Positions 18,571 through 27,032 of a stretch of DNA of 64,000 nt are shown here, one piece after another (the stretch's first letter is position 1; each line of letters opens with the position of its first letter). The DNA is from Bacteroidales bacterium (GTDB taxonomy: Bacteria; Bacteroidota; Bacteroidia; Bacteroidales; TTA-H9). The position numbers were made by a program, and so were the translations under genes. The stretch is taken from contig JAUSOY010000083.1 of assembly GCA_030656615.1 (NCBI GenBank), positions 172,522-236,521 of the forward strand, given 5' to 3'. A model generated the notes under the pieces. The model made no database searches, had not been told where the DNA came from, and saw only the letters and a program-made list of their open reading frames with translations.

Positions 18571-20062
18571 AATTCACATGAGGCCGGCCGATAGAACTCA
18601 TCCAAAGCAGGAAAAAGCATATGAATCCGTTCATAATTAATAATTCAAATCCGAATTTGTATCCCCATAACCAGGCTACAGAATTTGAACTGATAATCCA
18701 TGACACAAGCGGTGAAATAATGGCAATGGGAATGATCCATTTATCACGGATATTTCGTCGGGTAAAAAGCCCAAAGGAATATAAACCCAGCAATGGCCCG
18801 TATGTGTAACCCGCAACAGTGAATACGGCAGATATTACTGAGCGGTCGTTCACGGCTTTAAATATCATAATGACCAGAAAGATTAGCGCTGATACAGCCA
18901 TATGAACATACAGGCGTGTGCGACGGCTTTTTTCAGTATCGAGTTCCTTAAAATCAAGAAGATCAACACAAACAGTGGTTGTTAGGGCTGTAATGGAAGA
19001 ATCGGCCGAAGAAAAAGCCGCAGCAATAATACCCATCAAAAAGAGCATACCGGCCATCAATGGGAAATAATGAATGGCTAGGGTAGGGTACAGATCGTCT
19101 GTGTTTTTGTATAATCCACTGACTGAATCAAAGAAAAAGGCTGAATATTCACCAGGATTTATACCCATTTTTTGAACATATAAATACAGCAGTGCACCCA
19201 TGGTTAAAAATAGCAGATTCACAGGAACCAGAACCAGACTGAAAGTTATCATGTTTTTTTGTGCCTCGCGAATGTTTTTACAGGTGAGATTTTTTTGCAT
19301 CATATTCTGATCCAAACCAGTCATCACGATTGCAATGAATGCCCCGGCAAAAAATTGCTTGAAGAAATTATGATTCGAACGCCAGTCAAAAGTAAAAATG
19401 TTGGATAATTTTTGCTTTTGGAGCTCCTGTATCATTTCCCGGGTTGACAAACCCAAAGCGGAGTCAATGGCGATAATGGATAATATCAGTGCAAGAATCA
19501 TGAAAGTCGTTTGCAGGGTATCGGTCCACACTATGGTTTTAATGCCACTTCGATAGGTGTAAAGCCATATGAGTGCAATTGTAATTAACACGGTAATACC
19601 AAATGGAATTCCATAGGCATCGAAGAAAGCAAGTTGCAAAACGCTGGCTGCCAGAAAAAGTCTTAAAGATGCTCCGGCTGTCTGCGAAATAATAAAAAGC
19701 AGTGAACCTGTTTTATAAGAGAATAATCCAAAGCGTTTTCCGAGATAAGAATAGATTGATATGAGGTTCAGACGGTAGTATAAGGGCATTAATACGGTGG
19801 CAATGACGAAGTAGCCCAACAAATATCCAAGTACCAGCTGAAAATACGAAAATCCAATATTTCCTGTTTCGCCCGGAATTGAAATAAAGGTTACTCCGGA
19901 AATGGATGCCCCAATCATTCCATATGCTACTACATACCAAGGCGATTGCCGGTTTCCGGTAAAAAATGTGGAATTGGTCGAATTTCTTGAAGTGAAATGC
20001 GAAATAATAAATAGTAAGCCAAAATATAATAGTAAGGCAGAAAAAACGATTAATGGTGACAT
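18560..20062 (-). CDS. Sodium:solute symporter family transporter
   Basis: 500 aa with about 13 TM segments and SSF-like organisation. Its 5' end overlaps the namZ-like stop by 13 nt. Its 3' end overlaps the pabA 3' end by 11 nt (convergent). Confidence 0.8.
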   Translation of the reverse strand: MSPLIVFSALLLYFGLLFIISHFTSRNSTNSTFFTGNRQSPWYVVAYGMIGASISGVTFISIPGETGNIGFSYFQLVLGYLLGYFVIATVLMPLYYRLNLISIYSYLGKRFGLFSYKTGSLLFIISQTAGASLRLFLAASVLQLAFFDAYGIPFGITVLITIALIWLYTYRSGIKTIVWTDTLQTTFMILALILSIIAIDSALGLSTREMIQELQKQKLSNIFTFDWRSNHNFFKQFFAGAFIAIVMTGLDQNMMQKNLTCKNIREAQKNMITFSLVLVPVNLLFLTMGALLYLYVQKMGINPGEYSAFFFDSVSGLYKNTDDLYPTLAIHYFPLMAGMLFLMGIIAAAFSSADSSITALTTTVCVDLLDFKELDTEKSRRTRLYVHMAVSALIFLVIMIFKAVNDRSVISAVFTVAGYTYGPLLGLYSFGLFTRRNIRDKWIIPIAIISPLVSWIISSNSVAWLWGYKFGFELLIMNGFICFFLLWMSSIGRPHVNFKD

Positions 20063-21237
20063 TCTTGGATTTTTTCAGGGTATAAAAGGTAGTGGGCACG
20101 AAGTATTCTATAGGCCTCCAGATCTTTATTCCAACTCTCACGGATTTTATCTTCTGACCAATTGTTCATAATTTGTTCACGCAATTCGTTGGTACCAGCA
20201 AGTTTATCAAAAAAATCAGGCCGCGTAATAAAAGTGATTTTCCCTTTTGAAAGTTGATGATATTGCAGAAGATATTTAAGACTAAATGTTTCTTTTCTCG
20301 AGGTTTTGCTGAGATCGCTTCCAAAGCATTTTTTATCTTGATGTATTGGTTTAATGCTACCCGATGATGTTTCGGGTGTAAACGAATATTCTCCAAAAAT
20401 GGGATTGGGATAACCGATTACCTGGAAAGCCTTATCAGTTCCTCTTCCAACACTAAAGTCAGTACCCTCAAAAAAACAGAGCGATGCATACAGTCTGATT
20501 GATAGATCGTTCGGCAGGCTTGGCGATGGCGCTTCAGGAATCTGGTAGGCATATTGATGATAATATCCGGGCATCTTTATGATTGTCAGCTTACATTTTT
20601 TTTCACCATCAAGCCATCCTTCTTCATTAATCATTAGAGCAAGTTCACCCACAGTGAGGCCGTAAACAACCGGGATGGGATGCATTCCCACGAAAGAACG
20701 AAAGTCTGATTTTAATACAGGTCCATCGAAATAGTCGCCCAATGGATTGGGTCTGTCAAGGATCATTAGAGGGATTTCTGCTTCTGCACAGGCTTCCATC
20801 ACATAATGCAGCGTTGATATATACGTGTAAAACCGCACGCCAACATCCTGAATATCATAAACCATTAAATCGATGCCCTTTAGTTGTACGATGGATGGTT
20901 TTTTATTTTTTCCAAAGAGTGAAATCAAAGGGATGCCGGTTTTGGGATCTGTTTCGTCCTTAATTTCCTCTCCATAACCTGCTTTTCCTCTGAATCCGTG
21001 TTCCGGAGCGAAGATTTTAACAATACTCATTTTTGCTGAAAGCAATGTGTCGATCAGATGCGTATTATTTAAACGGGCAGAGTGATTCGCAACAATACCC
21101 AGTTTTTTAGTCGCAAGAAGTGGAAAATATTCCTCTGTGGAATAATCAGCCGGATAAATCCCCCTGTGTTGAGAGAAAAGACTTGATGACACGAATAAAA
21201 ATACGATTAAAATAAGGAGGAGACGATGAGTTTTCAT
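20050..21237 (-). CDS. namZ: DUF1343 family protein (exo-beta-N-acetylmuramidase NamZ-like)
   Basis: The ATG at 21237 gives MKTHRLLLILIVFLF with a signal peptide. The segments LGIVANHSA, FAPEHGFRG, DIQDVGVRFYTYISTL and RPNP are typical of DUF1343. Confidence 0.8.
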   Translation of the reverse strand: MKTHRLLLILIVFLFVSSSLFSQHRGIYPADYSTEEYFPLLATKKLGIVANHSARLNNTHLIDTLLSAKMSIVKIFAPEHGFRGKAGYGEEIKDETDPKTGIPLISLFGKNKKPSIVQLKGIDLMVYDIQDVGVRFYTYISTLHYVMEACAEAEIPLMILDRPNPLGDYFDGPVLKSDFRSFVGMHPIPVVYGLTVGELALMINEEGWLDGEKKCKLTIIKMPGYYHQYAYQIPEAPSPSLPNDLSIRLYASLCFFEGTDFSVGRGTDKAFQVIGYPNPIFGEYSFTPETSSGSIKPIHQDKKCFGSDLSKTSRKETFSLKYLLQYHQLSKGKITFITRPDFFDKLAGTNELREQIMNNWSEDKIRESWNKDLEAYRILRAHYLLYPEKIQECHH

Positions 21238-21308
21238 AATGAGCAAATTTAGAATAAATTCTACTTTAGAATCTTCCTTATAATTTGTTTAATTGATTTC
21301 TTTCTTTT

Positions 21309-21316
21309 TATATTTG
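21309..21316 (+). promoter_or_regulatory. Candidate -7 box (TAnnTTTG) for the porin-nrfHA operon
   Basis: TATATTTG lies 184 nt upstream of the ATG at 21500. It would imply a long leader, and other promoters are not excluded. Confidence 0.3.
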
Positions 21317-21499
21317 CATTGTGGTATTTAAATACCGAATAGGTGTAATTGAATCCGTTTTGTGTGATTAATACTTTTTTTGAAATGTGTTACCTGCTCT
21401 TGAAATCACTCCTGATGAAATACGTATTCAAGCGTGAATGTGCGATTCGCAGTATAAGGTTAGAAAATATTTCGTCATTTATTTAATAATTAATCTATT

Positions 21500-22777
21500 A
21501 TGAAGAAAAACTTTACAATTTTCGGGCTGCTGTTTGTTATGGTAATAATGGGTTCTCCATTATTTGCCCAATTTACCCTGAGCGGAGAGTTGCGTCCCCG
21601 GGCCGAATACCGGCATGGATTCAAGGAATTGCCCAAGGTGGGTGCCGATCCAGCTGCTTTTGTATCCCAGCGGACGCGGATACATGTTGATTTTTTATCA
21701 GAAAAATATCGTATAGGATTTAGTTTACAGGATGTTAGAGTTTGGGGAGATTTACCGCAATTGGCTGTTGCCGACGGTAAGTTTACTATTCATCAGGCTT
21801 GGGGAGAGTATTTTTTTACACCTGATTTCTCGATAAAAGCAGGTCGTCAGGAGATTATTTATGATGATTCAAGGATGTTTGGAAACGTAGATTGGGCTCA
21901 GCAGGGCAGGAGTCATGATGCCGCTATACTCAAATATAAATCTTCAGGAATAAAGATCGATCTGGGATTAGCATACAATCAGCAAGCTGAACAGCTTTTT
22001 GATAATGTTTATAACATTAAAGGAAATTACAAGGCCTTGCAATATGTTTGGTTACACAAAGATTTTTCGAATTTTGGGGTGAGTATACTGGCCATGAATA
22101 ATGGTATGCAGCATACGAAAACCTCTGATACCACTTTTCATACGGTGTATTCACAGACCTTCGGTACCCGCTTTACTTATCAAAAAGGCAATTTAAACCT
22201 CGCCAGCGCATTTTATTATCAGATGGGTAAAAATGCCGGCAATCGTGATATGGAAGCAATGTATGCTGCCTTCAGTGCTGATTATAAGGTTTCCGATTTT
22301 ATTGGTTTGAACCTGGGTTATGAAATGTTGTCGGGAACCAGTCAGAAAGACGCTCTTGTGACGGGGTATACCGACAAGTCATTTACTCCGCTTTATGGTA
22401 CCAATCATAAGTTTAATGGGCACATGGATTATTTTTATGTTGGAAATCATGGTTCAAGCGTTGGTTTACAGGATGTTTATGGTGGAATTAAATTTGGTAA
22501 GGGGATTTATACTTCGTACCTTACTGCACATTATTTCTTGGCCGCATCTGATGTTCTTGATAAATCCGATCTCACTAAAACCATGGACGCCTCTTTAGGA
22601 TTGGAGTTGGATTATAGCTTTGGTATTAAATTGAGTGATAAGGTTAGTGCACAGATGGGATATTCGCACATGTTTGCTACTGAAACTCTTGTGACATTAC
22701 GCGGTGGAAATAAGGACGAAACGGCTAATTGGGTATGGGCAATGCTTGTATTTAAACCTGAATTTTTCAAATTATAA
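21500..22777 (+). CDS. Outer-membrane porin, alginate-export-family-like
   Basis: Signal peptide, FTLSGELRPRAEYRHGF N-terminus, beta-barrel periodicity, C-terminal Phe-rich end. It ends 17 nt upstream of nrfH. Confidence 0.55.
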   Translation: MKKNFTIFGLLFVMVIMGSPLFAQFTLSGELRPRAEYRHGFKELPKVGADPAAFVSQRTRIHVDFLSEKYRIGFSLQDVRVWGDLPQLAVADGKFTIHQAWGEYFFTPDFSIKAGRQEIIYDDSRMFGNVDWAQQGRSHDAAILKYKSSGIKIDLGLAYNQQAEQLFDNVYNIKGNYKALQYVWLHKDFSNFGVSILAMNNGMQHTKTSDTTFHTVYSQTFGTRFTYQKGNLNLASAFYYQMGKNAGNRDMEAMYAAFSADYKVSDFIGLNLGYEMLSGTSQKDALVTGYTDKSFTPLYGTNHKFNGHMDYFYVGNHGSSVGLQDVYGGIKFGKGIYTSYLTAHYFLAASDVLDKSDLTKTMDASLGLELDYSFGIKLSDKVSAQMGYSHMFATETLVTLRGGNKDETANWVWAMLVFKPEFFKL

Positions 22778-22794
22778 TTCTCTAATTCTAAATT

Positions 22795-23379
22795 ATGATC
22801 AAAAAATTGCTTCAATGGTTGATTCCACCACCTGCCTGGCAAAGGCCTGTAATAATAGCAGGAGGGATCTTTACAGGTTTGGCGGTTTTTGTATTCTATG
22901 TTTCCAACGCGGCAAGTTATCTGTCTGAAGATCCAAAAACATGCATAAATTGTCATGTAATGAATCCTCAGTTTGCCACATGGTTTCATAGTTCACACCG
23001 AGAAGTTGCTAGCTGTACCGATTGTCATGTGCCGCATGATAATGTTTTCAGGAAATATTACTTCAAAGCACAGGATGGCATGAGGCACGCAACTATTTTT
23101 ACAATGCGAACAGAACCTCAGGTGATACAGATAAAGGAAGCTGGACAGCGCGTGGTTAAGGAAAACTGTATACGATGTCATACGCCTTTGTTGGAAAATG
23201 CTGCCATGAATTCATGGAATCCACACTTTACCCAGGATCGGACAGAGCGATCCTGTTGGGAATGTCATAGGGAAATCCCTCACGGACGTGTTAAAAGTTT
23301 ATCAGCGACTCCGAACGCCATGGTGCCTGATATGGGAAGCCCCGTACCGGACTGGTTAAAAAAGTTGATGAATCCCTAA
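22795..23379 (+). CDS. nrfH: Cytochrome c nitrite reductase small subunit NrfH (tetrahaem, NapC/NirT family)
   Basis: N-terminal TM helix plus four CxxCH motifs (CINCH, CTDCH, CIRCH, CWECH). Confidence 0.9.
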   Translation: MIKKLLQWLIPPPAWQRPVIIAGGIFTGLAVFVFYVSNAASYLSEDPKTCINCHVMNPQFATWFHSSHREVASCTDCHVPHDNVFRKYYFKAQDGMRHATIFTMRTEPQVIQIKEAGQRVVKENCIRCHTPLLENAAMNSWNPHFTQDRTERSCWECHREIPHGRVKSLSATPNAMVPDMGSPVPDWLKKLMNP

Positions 23380-23485
23380 GGAAATATGGTATTAGCAGAA
23401 TTTCAGGATTTTAAAAAACTCAAACCGATTATTAAGTACAATTATATTTAACGATAATACACTGAATTAGAAAAATAAATTTACA

Positions 23486-24991
23486 ATGGAAAAGAAAATC
23501 AATAACAGGAAACCGTATCTTAACTGGTTATTCTTTGGTGCCACCGTAATCGTGGTCTTTCTGCTGGGTTTACTCGCTTCAAGCATTGTAGAACGTAGAG
23601 CAGAAACGGAATTTGTTTATAAACCCAAGGTAAAAGTTAGTGCTACAGAAGCAAGAAACTGGGTTTGGGGAGAAAATTTCCCGCGTACCTATCAGAGTTG
23701 GTTACAAACATCGGATACAACTTTCCGGAGTAAGTACGATGGATCAGCAACCATCGATTTTTTGGCAGAGGATCCCCGACTGGTCGTTTTATGGGCTGGT
23801 TATGGTTTTTCAAAATCGTATAATCAGGGGCGTGGTCATTATTACGCCATTACAGATGTTTGGAATTCTCTTCGTACCGGTGGTCCCACGGGCCCCGAAG
23901 ATGGACCTATGCCTTCCACCTGCTGGACTTGCAAAAGCCCTGATGTTCCTCGTCTGATGAAAGAAGTTGGAGTAACCGAATACTATACAGGCAAATGGGC
24001 TAAATATGGTGCTGAGGTTACGAATCCTATTGGTTGTGCCGATTGTCATGATCCTGTGAGTATGAAACTTCAGATTTCACGTCCGGCCCTTATCGAGGCT
24101 TTTAAGCGTCAGGGAAAAGATATTCAAATGGCCACCCATCAGGAAATGCGCTCACTCGTTTGCGCTCAATGCCATGTGGAGTATTATTTCAACAAAAGTG
24201 ATGGCAAGAGTAATTACCTAACCTTCCCCTGGGATAAGGGTAAGACGGTTGAGGATATGGAAGCTTATTATGATGATCTTAATTTTTCAGACTGGACGCA
24301 TACGCTGAGTAAGGCACCAATGCTAAAAGCACAGCACCCGGATTATGAAATTTATTCGATGGGCGTTCATGCAGATAGGGGCGTTTCTTGTGCAGATTGT
24401 CATATGCCATATAAGTCGGAAGGTGGACAAAAGTACACGGATCATCATATTCAAAGTCCACTGAATAATGTTGCAAATTCATGTCAGGTTTGCCATAGGG
24501 AAGAAACCTCGAAACTTATCGCCAATGTTTTTGAACGTCAGGATAAAATAATTCACAGTCGCAACCGATTGGAAGAATTACTGGTAATGGCTCATGTAGA
24601 AGCAAAAGCGGCTTGGGAAGCTGGTGCAACGGAGACACAGATGACACCAATATTAAAAGGATTGCGGCATGCCCAATGGCGTTGGGATTATGCAGCAGCC
24701 AGTCATGGAGCTTCTTTTCATGCTCCTGTTGAAACACTGAGGGTCATTGCTACCGGAATAGATAAAGCATATGAAACCCGGATTATGCTTAACAGGTTGT
24801 TGTTGAATCTTGGTGTTAAAAATGAAATTCCATATCCCGATATTGCAACAAAAGTTAAAGCACAGGCATTTATTGGTCTTGATATGAAAAAGTTGAATGA
24901 AGAAAAAGCAAACTTTAAAAAGACATTGTTACCCGAATGGATAAGTAAGGCCAACGCGCGTGAATCTTCATATAAAGTGGAATATTTCTAG
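23486..24991 (+). CDS. nrfA: Ammonia-forming cytochrome c nitrite reductase NrfA (pentahaem)
   Basis: Active-site CWTCK (CxxCK) plus four CxxCH motifs (CADCH, CAQCH, CADCH, CQVCH). N-terminal anchor/signal. Confidence 0.93.
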   Translation: MEKKINNRKPYLNWLFFGATVIVVFLLGLLASSIVERRAETEFVYKPKVKVSATEARNWVWGENFPRTYQSWLQTSDTTFRSKYDGSATIDFLAEDPRLVVLWAGYGFSKSYNQGRGHYYAITDVWNSLRTGGPTGPEDGPMPSTCWTCKSPDVPRLMKEVGVTEYYTGKWAKYGAEVTNPIGCADCHDPVSMKLQISRPALIEAFKRQGKDIQMATHQEMRSLVCAQCHVEYYFNKSDGKSNYLTFPWDKGKTVEDMEAYYDDLNFSDWTHTLSKAPMLKAQHPDYEIYSMGVHADRGVSCADCHMPYKSEGGQKYTDHHIQSPLNNVANSCQVCHREETSKLIANVFERQDKIIHSRNRLEELLVMAHVEAKAAWEAGATETQMTPILKGLRHAQWRWDYAAASHGASFHAPVETLRVIATGIDKAYETRIMLNRLLLNLGVKNEIPYPDIATKVKAQAFIGLDMKKLNEEKANFKKTLLPEWISKANARESSYKVEYF

Positions 24992-25013
24992 GTTTATCAT
25001 TTATTGACTTATG

Positions 25014-25048
25014 AAAAGTCTCGGAGATTAAATCTTCGGGACTTTTTT
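25014..25048 (+). terminator. Intrinsic terminator after nrfA
   Basis: 14-bp stem (aaaagtctcggaga/tcttcgggactttt, two G-U pairs), 5-nt loop, then a T run. Confidence 0.6.
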
Positions 25049-25229
25049 GATTGTTAATGCTGGCAAATTACATACATAAGCCTATCTTTGCTTTTTCATC
25101 AGAATTTCTATTAATCTTTAAAATATTTTTTAATGGTGTTTTTTGCAAGTTATTGAAATTCTTGCCTTTTGAATGATCCTAAGATATAGTGTTGATAAAA
25201 GTTTGAAAAAAATGCAATTTTTTTTGCTT

Positions 25230-25265
25230 GGGGGGGGTTACCTTTTGCCCTCTCATCATATTAAT
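25230..25265 (+). promoter_or_regulatory. Conserved 35/36-nt element, copy A (G8-TTACCTTTTGCCCTCTCATCATATTAAT), directly upstream of the ECF sigma gene
   Basis: 34/35 identical (plus one extra G) to the reverse complement of 31772..31806. It ends 7 nt before the first plausible sigma start (GTG at 25273). Confidence 0.6.
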
Positions 25266-25272
25266 AGTAATA

Positions 25273-25860
25273 GTGGTGCATAACTTATCCTCTAATGAGA
25301 TCGTAAATGGCATCCTGAAGAATGATAAAATAGTTCTTCATGTAATTTATCGATCCTATTTTGGACAAGTTTCAAGATATGTTCAAAGAAATCATGGAAG
25401 CATTGAAGACGCACAAGATGTGTTTCAGGAAGCAATCATGGTAATCTTTCAAAAATCGAAAACCACTGAATTTGTTCTTACTTGTTCTTTCAAATCTTTT
25501 CTTTACACAATTGTCAGATACCTGTGGAATGCTGAAGTTTATAAAAAACACAGAACCACAAGGGTTGATGGAGATGATTTTGGTAACTTTGACGAACTGG
25601 AGGATCTTGACCATGATACCATCCGGTTAATCGAAGAAACTGAAACAAAGCGTTTTATACAAAAGCACTTCAGTACCCTTAGTGATAAATGCCAATTACT
25701 TCTGAAACTTTTCATCGACAGGGTTCCGATGAAAGAGATCTCAGACTTGATGGGTATTTCTGAGAAGTTTGTTAAAAAGAAAAAATTTGAATGCAAGGAA
25801 AAATTGATTGCAAGGATCAAAAATGATCCTTTCTATTTGGAATTTTTTAAAGACCTTTAA
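25273..25860 (+). CDS. ECF-type RNA polymerase sigma-70 family factor
   Basis: A region-2-like segment (DAQDVFQEAIMVIFQK...FKSFLYTIVRYLW) and a region-4 HTH (VPMKEISDLMGISEKFVKKKKFECKEKL). There is no in-frame ATG near the 5' end. GTG at 25273 or 25276 is proposed, so the start is uncertain. Confidence 0.75.
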   Translation: MVHNLSSNEIVNGILKNDKIVLHVIYRSYFGQVSRYVQRNHGSIEDAQDVFQEAIMVIFQKSKTTEFVLTCSFKSFLYTIVRYLWNAEVYKKHRTTRVDGDDFGNFDELEDLDHDTIRLIEETETKRFIQKHFSTLSDKCQLLLKLFIDRVPMKEISDLMGISEKFVKKKKFECKEKLIARIKNDPFYLEFFKDL

Positions 25861-25861
25861 C

Positions 25862-26587
25862 ATGATCGAAAAAACTAATAAATATCTTGATGAAGATTTT
25901 TCGGAAAATGAAACCTCTCACGTTCATGAGCGTATAATGAACGAGCAGGCGAATGACCCGGATAATCACCTCAGTAAAATTATCGACGAATCCATAAGCG
26001 ATTGGGATTCGATTCGACTGAGGAATACCCTTAGAAGTATGCAGGATGAATACCGGTCACGACCCAAAATAATTGGAATGATGATCAAACGTAAATGGTA
26101 TCTTGTCGCAGCCTCTATTACGATGGTATTCCTAATGTCTATTCTGGGACTGGGTATGTTAAAACCACCAGCAAGTCCTGAAGATTTATACCGTGATTTT
26201 TATCGGCCAGCAAAACCTTTTATGATTCAGCGTTCACTTGACAATGTCGGTCAGGATTATTTTGCTCAGGCAATGTCTTGTTATTCTACAGGAAAATATT
26301 TTGAGGCAGCAAAATTACTAATTGCGAATCCAAATAATTCTGCTTCGAAGTTTTATGCAGGAATTGCGCTTATGGAACTTGGTGATCAGGAAAAGGCAAT
26401 TCCTTATCTTAATGACGTTGCGCTGGATAATAGCAGTCTTTTTGTTGATCAAGCTGAATGGTATCTGGGTTTAGCTTACCTCATGACGGAGAAACGCGAA
26501 AATGCCCGGAAGCAATTCGAAAAAATCGCGGCCACACAAAATTATTTCAATGACAAGGCTTCAGAAATTCTTGAGCGTTTGAAATAA
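25862..26587 (+). CDS. Single-pass membrane protein with a periplasmic TPR-like domain; putative anti-sigma factor
   Basis: The ATG at 25862 lies 1 nt after the sigma stop. It has an ~85-aa acidic cytoplasmic N-terminus, a TM helix (WYLVAASITMVFLMSILGLGML) and a C-terminal TPR-like helical repeat. There is no zinc (HxxxCxxC) anti-sigma motif. Confidence 0.55.
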   Translation: MIEKTNKYLDEDFSENETSHVHERIMNEQANDPDNHLSKIIDESISDWDSIRLRNTLRSMQDEYRSRPKIIGMMIKRKWYLVAASITMVFLMSILGLGMLKPPASPEDLYRDFYRPAKPFMIQRSLDNVGQDYFAQAMSCYSTGKYFEAAKLLIANPNNSASKFYAGIALMELGDQEKAIPYLNDVALDNSSLFVDQAEWYLGLAYLMTEKRENARKQFEKIAATQNYFNDKASEILERLK

Positions 26588-26714
26588 CTGGATGAAAGTA
26601 ACTTCGTAGGGTTATACGAAAGCTAGCTCCGGTTGAAAGTTTCCTGAAAACACCAGCTTACTAATCATTTCTCAACCGGTTATTAAACTCAATTACCTAC
26701 TTATACGTAGACGG

Positions 26715-26748
26715 CCTCCCGGGATGTAAATCGCGGGAGGTTTTTTTT
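26715..26748 (+). terminator. Intrinsic terminator for the sigma/anti-sigma operon
   Basis: cctcccg ... cgggagg hairpin followed by T8. It lies ~130 nt after the stop at 26587. Confidence 0.65.
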
Positions 26749-27032
26749 ATAATATAAAGCTCCGGATTTGAATCCCTTCCCGATGTTACCATAGCTTATA
26801 ATATACTAACTCCTGCTCTACATACCGATATCAATAAAAGAAGAAGCTGATTTAATCTTAAAACAGACTACGAGCTGGCATTATGGAAATGATTTTATTT
26901 TGATCTGCAATCTAAAACACACCTTTGAGTTTGCAGATTCCTTTCCGAAATTAATAAGACTTATTTGATTATCATCCGGTATTTCAATACATTATATACG
27001 CTTAAGGTAATTGAAAATAGCCAAACCTTGTT

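Noticed and set aside
19713-20171. ORFs 19713..20141 (-) and 19902..20171 (+) spanning the symporter/NamZ junction
   Set aside because: They are alternate frames of two well-supported overlapping genes and have low-complexity translations.
21340-21420. Possible CRP/FNR-type operator upstream of the nrf operon (direct repeat TTGAAATGTG ... TTGAAATCAC)
   Set aside because: It is only a 7-nt direct repeat in AT-rich DNA and there is no TTGAT-N4-ATCAA-like palindrome. This is too weak to call without comparative data.
22612-22989. 125-aa minus-strand ORF and 74-aa plus-strand ORF across the porin/nrfH junction
   Set aside because: They overlap the 3' end of the porin and the 5' end of nrfH and have no motifs. 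The nrfH frame carries the haem motifs.
25228-25272. TTG start at 25228 from the ORF track, giving the sigma factor a hydrophobic MGGVTFCPLIILIVIVV N-terminus
   Set aside because: This stretch is the conserved 35-nt element, which also occurs in clearly non-coding DNA at 31772..31806. A hydrophobic extension is atypical for ECF sigmas. The start was moved to GTG 25273 or 25276, which remains uncertain.
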